The notes under the pieces: generated by a model
Told to the model about the DNA's origin: nothing
Database searches by the model: none
The model's input: the letters and a program-made list of their open reading frames with translations, nothing else
Made by a program: the position numbers and the translations under genes
Shown here: positions 1-11,700 of the stretch, piece after piece
How the letters are laid out: each line of letters starts with the position of its first letter
Position numbering within the stretch: the first letter of the stretch is position 1
DNA from: Nemertoderma westbladi
Lineage: Eukaryota; Animalia; Xenacoelomorpha
Reading direction: 5' to 3'
DNA length: 64,000 bases
NCBI GenBank assembly: GCA_032718475.1
Contig: JAUCBJ010003252.1
Coordinates: forward strand, 1-64,000

Positions 1-464
1 TAACAGCGGCTCAGATTAAAGGAAAGCCACATAGTGGGAAGCGGTAGAGATCAAAGGTTACTCTAGGAGATTGACTTCGTTCTTAGTTGGACACCAACCC
101 AGAACTGTCTTTAGTGAGACTTTTAGTCTCCTCCACTCCTTTGTCGGTCCGATATGTTGTGTGTCATTCGAAGTATATAGAATAAGAAAAGACAGATACG
201 CTCATTCGTTATTCAGTTTAATTAATGTTGTTACTTCAGTACTTTATTGTTCTCCATTTATCAATAGCTGCTAGTTCCAATTCGAAGTATATACGTTCAG
301 ACGTCAGGCTTAACATTTACATCCAACTCCTGAACTCTAAAAGTTCGTAAGGTGAGTTATTATTGTTATCCTTATATTATAGCAGATAGTGGCGCACTTG
401 AACCGCAAGTGAAAATACTGAAATAGAGATCTTCCGCGCAAATTGACCGGAAATGAAATAATGT

Positions 465-2520
465 ATAGTTTATTGTTTTGGTTAGAAAACGCCGCCACTG
501 TAAGCTGCTCCTTTTCCTTAATGTTTTGAATTTAATTCAACTAATTTTTAAAACCTACTAAAATTTATTTTGTGTTTGCGGTCATTTTCCGACAGTGAAT
601 CTATTATAGACACCATATATTTATAGTCACAGTGGTGTTTTAATACTTACCGTACGATAAGGCCTACATTGTTGTCTGTAACATATCAACAATACACAGA
701 ATACTATACGCCTTACGGCATTATATTTAATCTTGTACGTTCATAGTACAGTTTGCCTACTGAGTACTGTAGAGTACTTTGATACGAATATAATATATAG
801 TTTTACTTGAAATTTTTTAACAACTGTTTGAATTTATGAAATATTATAATATTAATTTATACGATATCGCATAAATAGACAGGGGGGGGGGGGAATGGAC
901 GCAACACCCGCCTTGGCGTATTAATATCCCGCCTCAATGTTAAATAATTCAATTTAGAGAAAGGAGCAGGTTACAGTGGCACGTTATTTTAACTAAAACA
1001 ATAAACTAAACACAATAGAAGAGGTTACCGTTATTTGCGTCGAATTTCCCCTGGAGAGGGATTAATTTTTATTGCATCAAGTTTCCCCCCCCCCCCCCCC
1101 CCTATTTGCGCATAAAAGGTAGCAAAGGTTTGCATCTAATTAATAGCAAATTCCAAAAAAGGTAAGTCAAATTTTTTAGTTTTTAAAGTTCAGTGTACCG
1201 GTATCCGTTGGTAAAGTTATAATCTAGAGTTGTAATGGGGTGAGTAAAAAACAAAGGCCCAAGACCCAACACAAAACACATGTACAAAACACATGTGTTA
1301 ACTTTCGTTTATTGTTTTGGTTCCCCCAACTCCCCTCTGCAACCTGCTCCTTTACTAACCTGATCCTTTAAATGGCAATTTAAGTGGGACTTAACGCTCT
1401 CCAGGACCTAACTCAACTTTACGTCTTTGTTTTGTACTCACCCAGTTTTAATGTGCCATATAACAACGCACATGTAATATATTGAATACACTGCCGTCGT
1501 TAAGTAATGTTGACAGGTCGTATATTTTAAAATTATTGTATCAAGTTTTGATTCAAAGTCTATAATATATACATTGTTATTCGCAGATGGCTACGTCTTA
1601 TTCCATTGCCATAAGGGAGAATCGGGCGATTGAGAGAAGTCGCGACGCCTTGCTGTCCAACCGTTTCACCGATGTATCCTTCTCAACCGTCGTACGGGAT
1701 GGGGATGACGTTTGTGACCGAGTACGTCTCAATGCCCAGATAGTACATATAACCAAACCCTCGGCGACTAGAACTGCGGTTAGTGTTAGGAAGCCAACCA
1801 ACGCATCGCAATCGAAGTTTGGTAAAACCAATATTGGCTACACTCGTCTACTGTTTGCAAGGTTTGTTTTATGTTCGGATAGGGGGGAAACCTGACGCAA
1901 TAAAAATTAATTCCTCGCCGGGGGAAATTGGACGCAAATAACAGATGATTACTCTCAAAAATAAAACTGTAACCTGTTCTATTGTGTTTAGTTTATTGTT
2001 TTGGTTAAAATAACGTGGCACTGTAACCAGCTCCTTTCCCTAAATTGAGAATGTAACATTGAGGCGGGATATTAATTCGCCATGTCGTGTTTAGTTTATT
2101 GTTTTGGTTAAAATAACGTGGCACTGTAACCTGCTCGTTTCCCTAAATTGAGAATGTAACATTGAGGCGGGATATTAATTCGCCATGGCGGGTTTTGCGT
2201 CCAGTTTCCCCCTGTCTCTTTATGTTATATTAATAATGCAGATAGGAAAATTATTTCCTCTCAAGGGAAAATTCGTCGCAAATTACAGCTGATTACTCCA
2301 AAAAGAATACTGTAACCTGTTCTATTGACCTGTTGTATGTATGTATGTATGTAACTATGTAACCTGTTCTTTAGTTTTTTGTTTTAGTTAGAATAACGAA
2401 CCACTGTAACCTGTTTCTTTCCCTAAATTGAGAATTTAACATTGATGCGGGATATTAATTCGCCTAGATGGCATTTGTGTCAAGTACGCCCCCCCCCCCC
2501 CCCCCCCACCCCCGTGTCTC
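465..2520. repeat. Dispersed ~100-200-bp repeat family in the introns of the orphan gene, in both orientations
   Basis: Motif tttattgttttggttaaaataacgtggcactgtaacctgctc...attgaggcgggatattaattcgcc occurs on + at about 470, 1305, 1990, 2090 and 2370, and as reverse complement at about 880-1075. Confidence 0.75.
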
Positions 2521-3692
2521 TAATAATGATTCATTACATTAGCATAGGGTACTGCTATTTTGTTTTAAATTTGAATCAAATGAAATCCACCTAAAATGTA
2601 GTGGAAATCAGCCCACAAATAATACGGTACCGGTAATTGGGTCCAATTAATGTAATTTAACATATTATAATAATTGCAAAATTTAGGAAGAAATAAATAG
2701 TTTTTTTAATTAATCTAGAATTCTTAATTTGGAATAGCTTCATTTCTATTGGAACCATGTTAATGTGATTATATTTGTATTATTATTAATTATTATTATT
2801 ATGTATTTCTTATAATAAACTAAAGAAATTAATTATGATAAATAAAACGCATTCAATAAGTAAATGTAACCGGCTATGCTTCTCAATGATATTGTCCATT
2901 TAGTCCATTCCATAACTGGTTATTTATATTTTATCTAGATGCATTGTCGGAGGGGAATTGTTCGCCATATCAATCCGAACGACCGCCGACATTCGCTTGG
3001 AGCTGCCGCTTTATAAAGAGATGCGTATCGGCGGATACATTTCTATTATAAACCCCATCTTCGAAGGTGTTGGCCGTTTTCCGGTAATAACCACCAAGGA
3101 CGTAATCCTCCCGGTGCAACCAGCGGCTGGCGACCTACGGGAGTTCCCAACACCGTTGATGGAGACGGATACGAAGATGGCCGCCTTCGCCATAACGGTT
3201 GAAACTCTCAACATCCGCAAGCTGGGTGTTATAGACGGAGTGTGTCCTGGGCGTGTCTGCGATGGGCGGTTTGGCGACAGCCCGTGTAAGTGCTGTCTTA
3301 ATGTTCCAGCGAAAGTTGAGTGGGGCGTCGAATTCACTTTGGGAAGGTTCGACAATAAGGGTCATCCCGTCGTCCCGTTTTCATCCCGTCAGTTCCTCAG
3401 CCACTTCATCCACAAGGACTCTATGGATATTAAACTGGCGGACATGGATGAGGACGAGATAGAAGGCTGTATAGACTTCGTTAGAGAACGGGTGACGTTG
3501 CTCAACAGGCTTGGCTCGGGGTATTATATAACCGGATGGGTGAAACCAGGAGAAAGGGAGGGCGACGACATACCGTCAGTGCCTTCTATGCACGTTTGTG
3601 ACATAAAAATCGGTAACAACGATCTTCCATTTGTCACGAGACGTATCCGGGCTACTGTACAGCCAGTTGTTGTACGTCTCTCAGCAATGTGA
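1587..3692 (+). CDS. Spliced uncharacterised protein, about 342 aa (exons 1587-1861 and 2939-3692), with a Cys cluster CPGRVCD...CKCC
   Basis: Acceptor ttcgcag directly before ATG 1587. Donor AG|gtttgt at 1861/1862 and acceptor ttatctag| at 2938/2939 are both phase 2, so the exons join in frame (...LLFAR-CIVGGELFAI...) with no stops. Coding segments are GC-richer than the flanks. A possible upstream non-coding exon donor G|gtgagt lies at 351/352. Confidence 0.7.
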
Positions 3693-3812
3693 AACACATA
3701 TAAATTCATTATATTATAAAATTATATATAAATATTATTCAATAAATATCCATATGCAAATTGCAATTATTATTTTCGGCCATTTTAATTTGTGTTTGAT
3801 TGTTTATTTTGG

Positions 3813-5292
3813 TTTCAATCCGTAACGGCCTTAAATTAGAACATCAGTTATAATCAGTAACGGCCTGAAATTAGAACATTAGTTATAATCAGTAACGGCC
3901 TGAAATTAGAACATAAGTTACAATCCGTAACGGCCTTAAATTAGAGCATAAGTTACAATCCGCAATGGCCTTATTAGAACATTAGTTATAATCATTAATG
4001 GCCTGAAACTAGAATGTAAGTTACAATCTGTAACGGCCTGAAATTAGAACTTAAGTTATAATCCGTAATAGCCTTAAATTAGAACATAAGTTATAATCAG
4101 TAACAGCCTGAAATTAGAGCTTAAGTTTCAATCCGCAACGGCCTTCAATTAGAACATAAGTTATAATCATTAATGGCCTGAAACTAGAACATAAGTTACA
4201 ATCCGTAACGGCCTGAAAATAGAACATAATTTACAATCCGCAAGAGCCTGAAATTAGAACATAAGCTACAATCCGTACTGGCCTTAAATTAGAACATAAG
4301 TTACAATCTGTAACGGCCTGAAAATAGAACATAGGTTGCAATCTGTAACGCCGTGAAATTAGAATATAAGTTATAATTAGTAACAGCCTGAAATTAGAAA
4401 ATAAGTTACTAAGTTAGGAAATAACTAATAAGTTAGGAAATGGCCTTAAATTAGAAGATAAGTTACAATCCGTAACGGCCTTAAATTAAAACATAAGTTA
4501 CAATCCGTAACGGCCTGAAATTAGAACATAAGTTACAATCAGTATCGACCTGAAATTAGAGCATAAGTTACAATCCGTAGTGGCCTTAAATTAAAACATA
4601 AGTTACAATCCGTAATGGTCTGAAATTAGAACAGAAGTTACAATCCATAACGGTCTGAAATTAGAACATAAGTTACAATTCGTAACCGCCTGAAATTAGA
4701 ACATAAGTTATAATCCGTATTGGCCTGAAATTTGAGCATTAGTTACAATCTGTAATGGCCTGAAATTAGAGCATAAGTTACAATCAGTATCGACCTGAAA
4801 TTAGAGCATAAGTTACAATCCGTAATGGCCTTAAATTAAAACATAAGTTACAATCCGTAATGGTCTGAAATTAGAACAGAAGCTACAATGCGTAACGGTC
4901 TGTAATTAGAACATAAATTACAATCCGTAGCGGCCTGAAATTAGCACATAAGTTATAATCCGTATTGGCCTGAAATTAGAGCAAAAGTTACAATCCATAA
5001 TGGCATGAAATTAGAGCATAAGTTACAATCCGTAATGGCCTGAAATTAGAGCATAAGTTACATCCCGTAATGGCCTAAAATTATAGCATAAGTTGCAATC
5101 CGTAACGGCCTGAAATTAGAGCATAAGTTACAACCCGTAACGGCCTAAAATTATAGCATAAGTTGCAATCCGTAACGGCCTGAAATTAGAGCATAAGTTA
5201 CAATCCATATCGACCTGAAATTATAGCACAAGTTACAATCCGTATCGACCTGTAATAAGAGCATAAGTTACAATCCTTAATGGCCTTAAATT
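3813..5292 (+). repeat. 35-bp minisatellite, about 42 copies
   Basis: Consensus gtaacggcctgaaattagaacataagttacaatcc; period 35 (e.g. starts at 3822 and 3857). No unique spacers. Confidence 0.95.
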
Positions 5293-5734
5293 TTAACGTC
5301 TCTCTCCAATGTAAAACACGCATAAATTCATAGTATATTATTTGAAAATTGCATTTATTATTTTCAGGTAATTTAATTTGTGTTTGATTGTTTATTTTGG
5401 TACATAAAGTTTTAAATTAATTTCAATTACATTTGCCCAGTTTCATTACAGTTTCGTTATTTATTTGCTAAACTTCATAATATATTCCAACCCCCTTCCC
5501 GAGCCCTGCCCCCTGAGCCATGCCCCCCGAGCCAGCCCCCCCCCCCCCCCCCCCACCATATCTGAAAGATCCGTGGCAGACCAGGTATTTCCAGATGTTC
5601 CAGCGCCTATTTGTAACATAATATTTCATCGTGATATAATATAATACAAAAATATGTATTATTTATATTTGATAATATTTTTAGAACAGTTTAGAGTCCA
5701 ATAAACTTTGGCGTCCAGTTGGGGTCGAACGTTT

Positions 5735-5790
5735 TATAGCATGGACTTCCAACTTGGAGGTCACCATTTCGATTCCACCTGGGCCCCAAA
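5735..5790 (+). mobile_element. Possible degenerate tRNA-derived (SINE-like) fragment
   Basis: ggacttccaa...ggtcacc..ttcgattcc resembles the anticodon arm and B box of a tRNA 3' half; no complete cloverleaf. Confidence 0.25.
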
Positions 5791-8359
5791 GCTAAACTAT
5801 AGTAAGCTAGGATCAACTAACATTCTATTACAATAATTATTGTAATACATTGTAATGAGGGAGATTATTAATTTAATTTAGATGGATAATTATTTATATT
5901 GCTAATGTACTGTACAGCATGCAAAGGCGATACTATATATACATTTCCTCCAAATAGATTCAATAATTAAACATTAAAATCCAAAATAACTAATAATCTG
6001 TTATAAACAAATAGTCTGTATAAAATCGTAATTTGTTACAAATAATCGGTCGTAACGAGTTCCGTAATTAGAATTAGAACTAAATAGTCTGTGTATATTA
6101 GATAGCACATCTCAGTAGAATCAATATATATAAGTTCCATGTTAAAATAAATTGTATTAAAATTAAGGTTTTTAGGTCAACTGGATTCGATGGCAGTGAG
6201 AGCTGTAGGATACTTTGTATTAATCGATTGATCTTTACTATATAATCTCCAACAACTATGCTTATTTTCAGTTAAATACTAAAAGTTCCTTTCAGGTGCT
6301 GCGCTCTAAATACTACACAGAGATATGACTTAATACTAATTACAATGGGCAGGCATGAGATAACACAAATGTTTACATCCTTTAGGGATGTATTTATTGA
6401 ACGTTCACACTCAAACACGGACAGACAATAGTACTGAAACACGCTAATTTGCCAACAGTCACCAATTTTACTTGCATATAGGGAGAACTTAACTCACGTA
6501 CGTTGGGGACTATGAAACAGCATAAACTCATACAAACCACTGTTATTTGAACTATGCACTTGTGAATAGTAAACCCCTCCGCTTACCTCAATAAATCATG
6601 AAAACCAAGAGATCTACCAGTTATTCGTAAGTATTCTCCAACTATTGGCATTAATCCATATATTACAAATTGCAACAGATTATAAACAGCATAAATCAGT
6701 ATAAAAATGTCGTTTGGTGTTGCGGCAATATCAGACAGTCAGGATGTGTTGCAGAGAGTAGTGAGTCTGCATGTGGTGTCAACGTAATGCAAACGTGAGT
6801 AGACGTGTAATAGATTTGCGTTCTGTATCTCTCTAGCCACTGGTGTTTCTGGGCACAGAGTCAGGTAATGAATAAACACTCACAACTGAGGGGCTGCAAG
6901 AATATTCTTGCCTCAAGTAGTCCACAAAGCATGAATCATATCGAACGCTGTAGAACGTATGGAACATGCAAGAACTCCCAATCAGGGACCAGTTTCCATG
7001 CCATCAACCCATACCAATGGATCCGGTAATTAAGGCTGTGGGGTGACATAGGTTGGAAAGTATACTGATTTGACGGTGAACAACTCAGAAGGATGTAAAC
7101 AAAGAGAATAGTATCCAATGGCTGGTGATTTCGTAATCTGAGCATCTGGGTTTCTGTGGGAATGTAGGGGAAAGTGTTATACTTAGAATAAACGCTGGAG
7201 GGAGTAAGTTTACATTAGTTCATAAAATACAAAGTTCTTAAGAGTTTTCAAGGGTTTAGAGTAACCTAACCAGCGCATTGTGTAAAAATTGGGACATTTT
7301 GGCCACAAAAGCTTTAACATAAATATTAAATATACCCAAAGGGTTTAAGGGTGTTTACATGCCTCGACTATCATTTCGAGGAGTTTAGTGATACATAGTC
7401 AATTTAAAGAAGTCAGCTGGAAATTTATTTCATTTCAACAAATAATACTATTTTTTAATGCGTTTTCCATGAATTCGTTAAGCCAATTTGAAATTAATTG
7501 GTATTTTATTAATTTAGTGTTAGCCTTATTAGGTTTTGTATTCTGCTCCGCACTAAATGAAGGGAGTTATGAAATCGAAAAGTAGAATGTGTTAATTATG
7601 TCGGGGTTTTGACGTTTAGACTCTGAAGTAGGTGAGATGTGTATAAGCAAGTATTCAGATACTGGTACTGGTGCCAGATTGGACTGAGGAATATAGAATA
7701 ATAATATATTGCAGTATTGCTTAGATATACATTTTTACTCACACCTACAATTCCACTGCTGATAAATGTAATAATTTCCACTAATATTAGGAAGATTTTT
7801 CACATAATAAACTTATTTCATATAATAAAATTGGGAATTGAATTTAGGTGTAATTAATATATTTGATTTCGTTTAAAAATCTCAATAAATGCTAATATGG
7901 CTGGCTGGGTATTTTTTTTGGAAATAAGGGTTTTGGGGGTCAATAAATCTGATGGGTTGGGTTATACCCCCGTTTTGTAGAGAAGTAGTGCATGATGAAA
8001 TTATTATACAAAGTTCTGTTGCTGCGGAAACTAATAGTTTAGTCAATCGATAGTCATTGGAGAAAACCCCACCAGTAGTAGTTGCCTTCCTTGTTGCTTT
8101 TTATATTCCATGTTGCTATGGAAAGAAACCGGAAATTGAAAGTGATACGAAAGTGATATTGATAGTGAAAGTGAAAGTGATCATTTATTTTTATAGACTT
8201 AATATAGAATAAACAAAATTGGTTTGGATGAATTGCGAATCTGTTATGGGTTTACCCACTTTTTTGGCTAGATTGACTTGCCTATTTGTTAATAGAGGAA
8301 AACATTGTCTTTTTTATACTATAGTTTTACTTAAAAATGAAATTAAAATAATTTTATAG

Positions 8360-8731
8360 ATGATGATGAATGTACATTAAACACAGACAACTGCCACATT
8401 AATGCTGACTGTTCCAATACTGATGGTGGATTTAGTTGTAGTTGCATGTCTGGATACACAGGAGATGGTGTCACTACATGTTTAGGTAATAAATAAATTG
8501 ACATACAATAATTACAAACATAATTTTTTTAAAAGCTGAAAACATTTTCATTTTTATACTATAATTATATTTACTTAAAAAAATGAATTTAAAATAATTT
8601 TATAGATGATGATGAATGTACATTAAACACAGACAACTGCCACATTAATGCTGACTGTTCCAATACTGATGGTGGATTTAGTTGTAGTTGCATGTCTGGA
8701 TACACAGGAGATGGTGTCACTATATGTTTAG
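8360..8731 (+). CDS. cbEGF exons 1-2 (8360-8485, 8606-8731)
   Basis: Intact 126-nt AG/GT-bounded exons. Confidence 0.85.
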
Positions 8732-11700
8732 GTAATAAATAAATTGACATACTATAATTACAAACATAATTTTTTTAAAAGCTGAAAACATTTTCATTTT
8801 CATTTTTATACTATAATTATACTACTACTAGGTCGAGCGAACTCGGACAGTGGAAATGAGATCCTTCCAGGCTTCCCGATTCTCCATAGTTGTCGCAATT
8901 TCGTTTCTCCCAAGTTCAGTATCCCTTTCAAGTTGATCTATATATGTTATGGCAGGTCGTCCACGACTACGCTTTCCATGAGTTGGTTGCCAGAGAAGTA
9001 GATCTGGTATGACCTCGTCTTTACTTCGCCAGCAGTGCCCACTGAATCTTAATCTGCGTTCACGGAGGGTGGTTGATACAGGTGGTATTGTACCATAAAG
9101 CTTGGCGTTTGTCATGTGTTGTCTCAAGCTGATGTTTAGGGCTGCCCTTAGTAGTCTTGTGTAGCAACCATCAATTCGTTGTTCAAGTGATTTAGTCAGT
9201 GTCCAGGTCTCACCCCCGTATAAAAATACACTTTCCACTGTGGCTCGAAAGAACTTAGTCTTCAGGTGCCTGGAGAGATCTGATTTCCAGATGGTATCCA
9301 TTTTTGATAGAGCTACCCAAGCCTTTGCTTTCCTAACTTCTATGTCCTTTTTGCTACTCTCTATCCATGATCCAAGGTACTGGAAGTTATCGACCTTCCT
9401 TAGTTGATTATTATCAATGGTTGTCAAGTTTCCATCAACATTAAAGGTCATGAATTCGGTCTTGGTAGCATTTATATGCAATCCAACCTCCTTAGCAGCC
9501 CTCTCCACTTTATTTAGTAGAAGCTGTGCATCTGCTAGCGTATTAGAGAGCAGGGCGATGTCATCCGCAAAGTCGGTGTCTGTGACTGTAGTTGCCGGAT
9601 ATCTACTACTTCTGCGTTCTTGAAGTGTGAATCCCAGATCTTCACCCTTTGTGGCCGTCCTCATTGCATAATCCAGCACAATTACAAATAGTAAAGGTGC
9701 TAATGTGTCACCTTGCAGTACGCCAGCCAGGATTGAGAAAAACTCAGTTTCACCATCTGGTGAGAGTACCTGCGCTTCTGTGTCACAATATAACAATCCA
9801 ATGCCAGCAACGATTACTTCTGGTATTCCATAAGCTCTTAGGATTTCAAGCATTTTACCTCTATGGATGGAGTCGAATGCCTTCTTGAAGTCAACAAAAG
9901 TCATGACTGCGGGGAGATTCTTTGACTTAATTCCTTCAATCAGTCTCCGTAGTGCAAGTATCTGAGCTATTGTTGATCTACTTGGTCGAAATCCGTTTTG
10001 GCTCTTACGCAGTAGTTTCTCTATGTGAGGCCTAAAGCCTATATAGAATCATTTTATTGTATATTTTGGCAGCTACCATAAGCAGACAGATCCCACGATA
10101 GTTTGTTGGTATGCCGAGGTCTCCTTTCTTGGGGAGAGACTTTAGTTGACCTTTAGTCCAAATTGGTGGTGGCTTTTCCCCTTTTAACATCCGGTTGCAA
10201 ACATTCAATAATGGTCTATTTAGCACTCCGGTTTTCCATACCTCCGCTGGGATTTCATCTAATCCACTCGCTTTATTATTATTGGACATGCTTTTAATGC
10301 TTCTTTGGAGTTCGGCAGGTGTGAAGTCCCCTGTTTCTATAGGTAGTATCTTGTCATATATTTTCCTTGTAGGGCTGACCTCGATGTTTGGTGGCTGCCC
10401 AAGCAAGTTGCTGAAGTGATTTTTCCACTTCCCAACACGTTTTTCAGGACTATCGGCTTTGAGGCGCCCCTTTGCACAACTTTTCCGACCAGATACGTCA
10501 TTTACAGTTTGTCAGGTAAGTCTTGATTGTTGCTGTATGTGAGCAGTTGTAATTGCTTCAGTTTTATCCTGTATGTACTTTTCCTGGCTGATGTTGTAGG
10601 CCAATTTAAGATCGTCCTTAGCTTTCTCAACTTTGTTAATTTTTTCGGTTGTTGGTTGTTCGGTTTTAACTTTGTAGGCTATCTTAAGATCTTCTCTCTT
10701 ACAAGTAACCTCAGAGTTTTACCATGGCACATACTGTTTTCGTTTAGGTTTCTGGGGAATATGCCTCTTAGCTGATTCCTTGTGGGCTGTTATTATATTC
10801 TGGTATATTGAATCGGTGGATTGGTCTTCATCCATTGACTGAAGTGCTTTAAAGCGGTTTTGAACTTCTACTGTATAAGCATCCTTTACAGCATTGTCAG
10901 TTCTGAGTTTCTCCCAGTCATAGTTGATTTGCTTGCTTGTCATGGGTTTGCTGGCTCTCAAACTGAGTCTGATCTCTGCAGTCACAATTCTGTGGTCCGA
11001 ACCAATTAGGTTGAACGAGCTGTATGCCTCGCAGTTGATCATGCTATTTCTCCACTTTTTGTTTATAAGGATGTAATCCAGTTGTGCTTTGGTTCCATTA
11101 GGGTATTGAAAGGTCCATAGCTTCCCCTTACTCTTTTCGAATGTGTTGTTTGTTGGTATCAATTCACATTCTTCCATTAGGTCTAAAAGTAAGTACCCAT
11201 TTCTGTTAGAACTGGTGTTATAGGTGTAACCCTTGATGTCTTCTGGGCCAATTTGCCCATTCAGGTCACCAGCAATGACTTTAACATTGTGTTTCGGGAT
11301 GTCCTTAATAAGTCCAGTCAGTTCTTCATAAAACTTGACTGCTGTTCTGGTTCTGAGGCATTGGTTGGACTGTAGCAACATATAACTGTTGTCTTGGGAT
11401 TCCCATCAAATGTTGCGATCATAACCCTGGAATTTATAGATTCGATGTTGTTTAGGGTCTTAAGTGCAAATGGGCTTAGCAGAATTCCTACTCCACCAAT
11501 TGATGCATTGGCCGAGTTTCTTACTGCTGAGCTTGTTACCAACGTCCATCCATTTCCAATGTCATTGTACTTCATGGCAGTGTCTTCATGACAAATCCGA
11601 TGTTCTTGGATGCAGATGATGTCGATGTTATATTCCATTGCCAGAGGGACCATGTCACCCTGTTTGCTCTGTGCTTTCAGCGTGCGTGCGTTCATTGTAG

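Noticed and set aside
3813-5292. CRISPR-like 35-bp periodicity
   Set aside because: Units are head-to-tail with no unique spacers, there are no cas genes, and the context is eukaryotic.
6240-8250. Possible upstream exons of the EGF gene or old retroelement debris
   Set aside because: No convincing open exon, signal peptide or diagnostic motif; too decayed to call.
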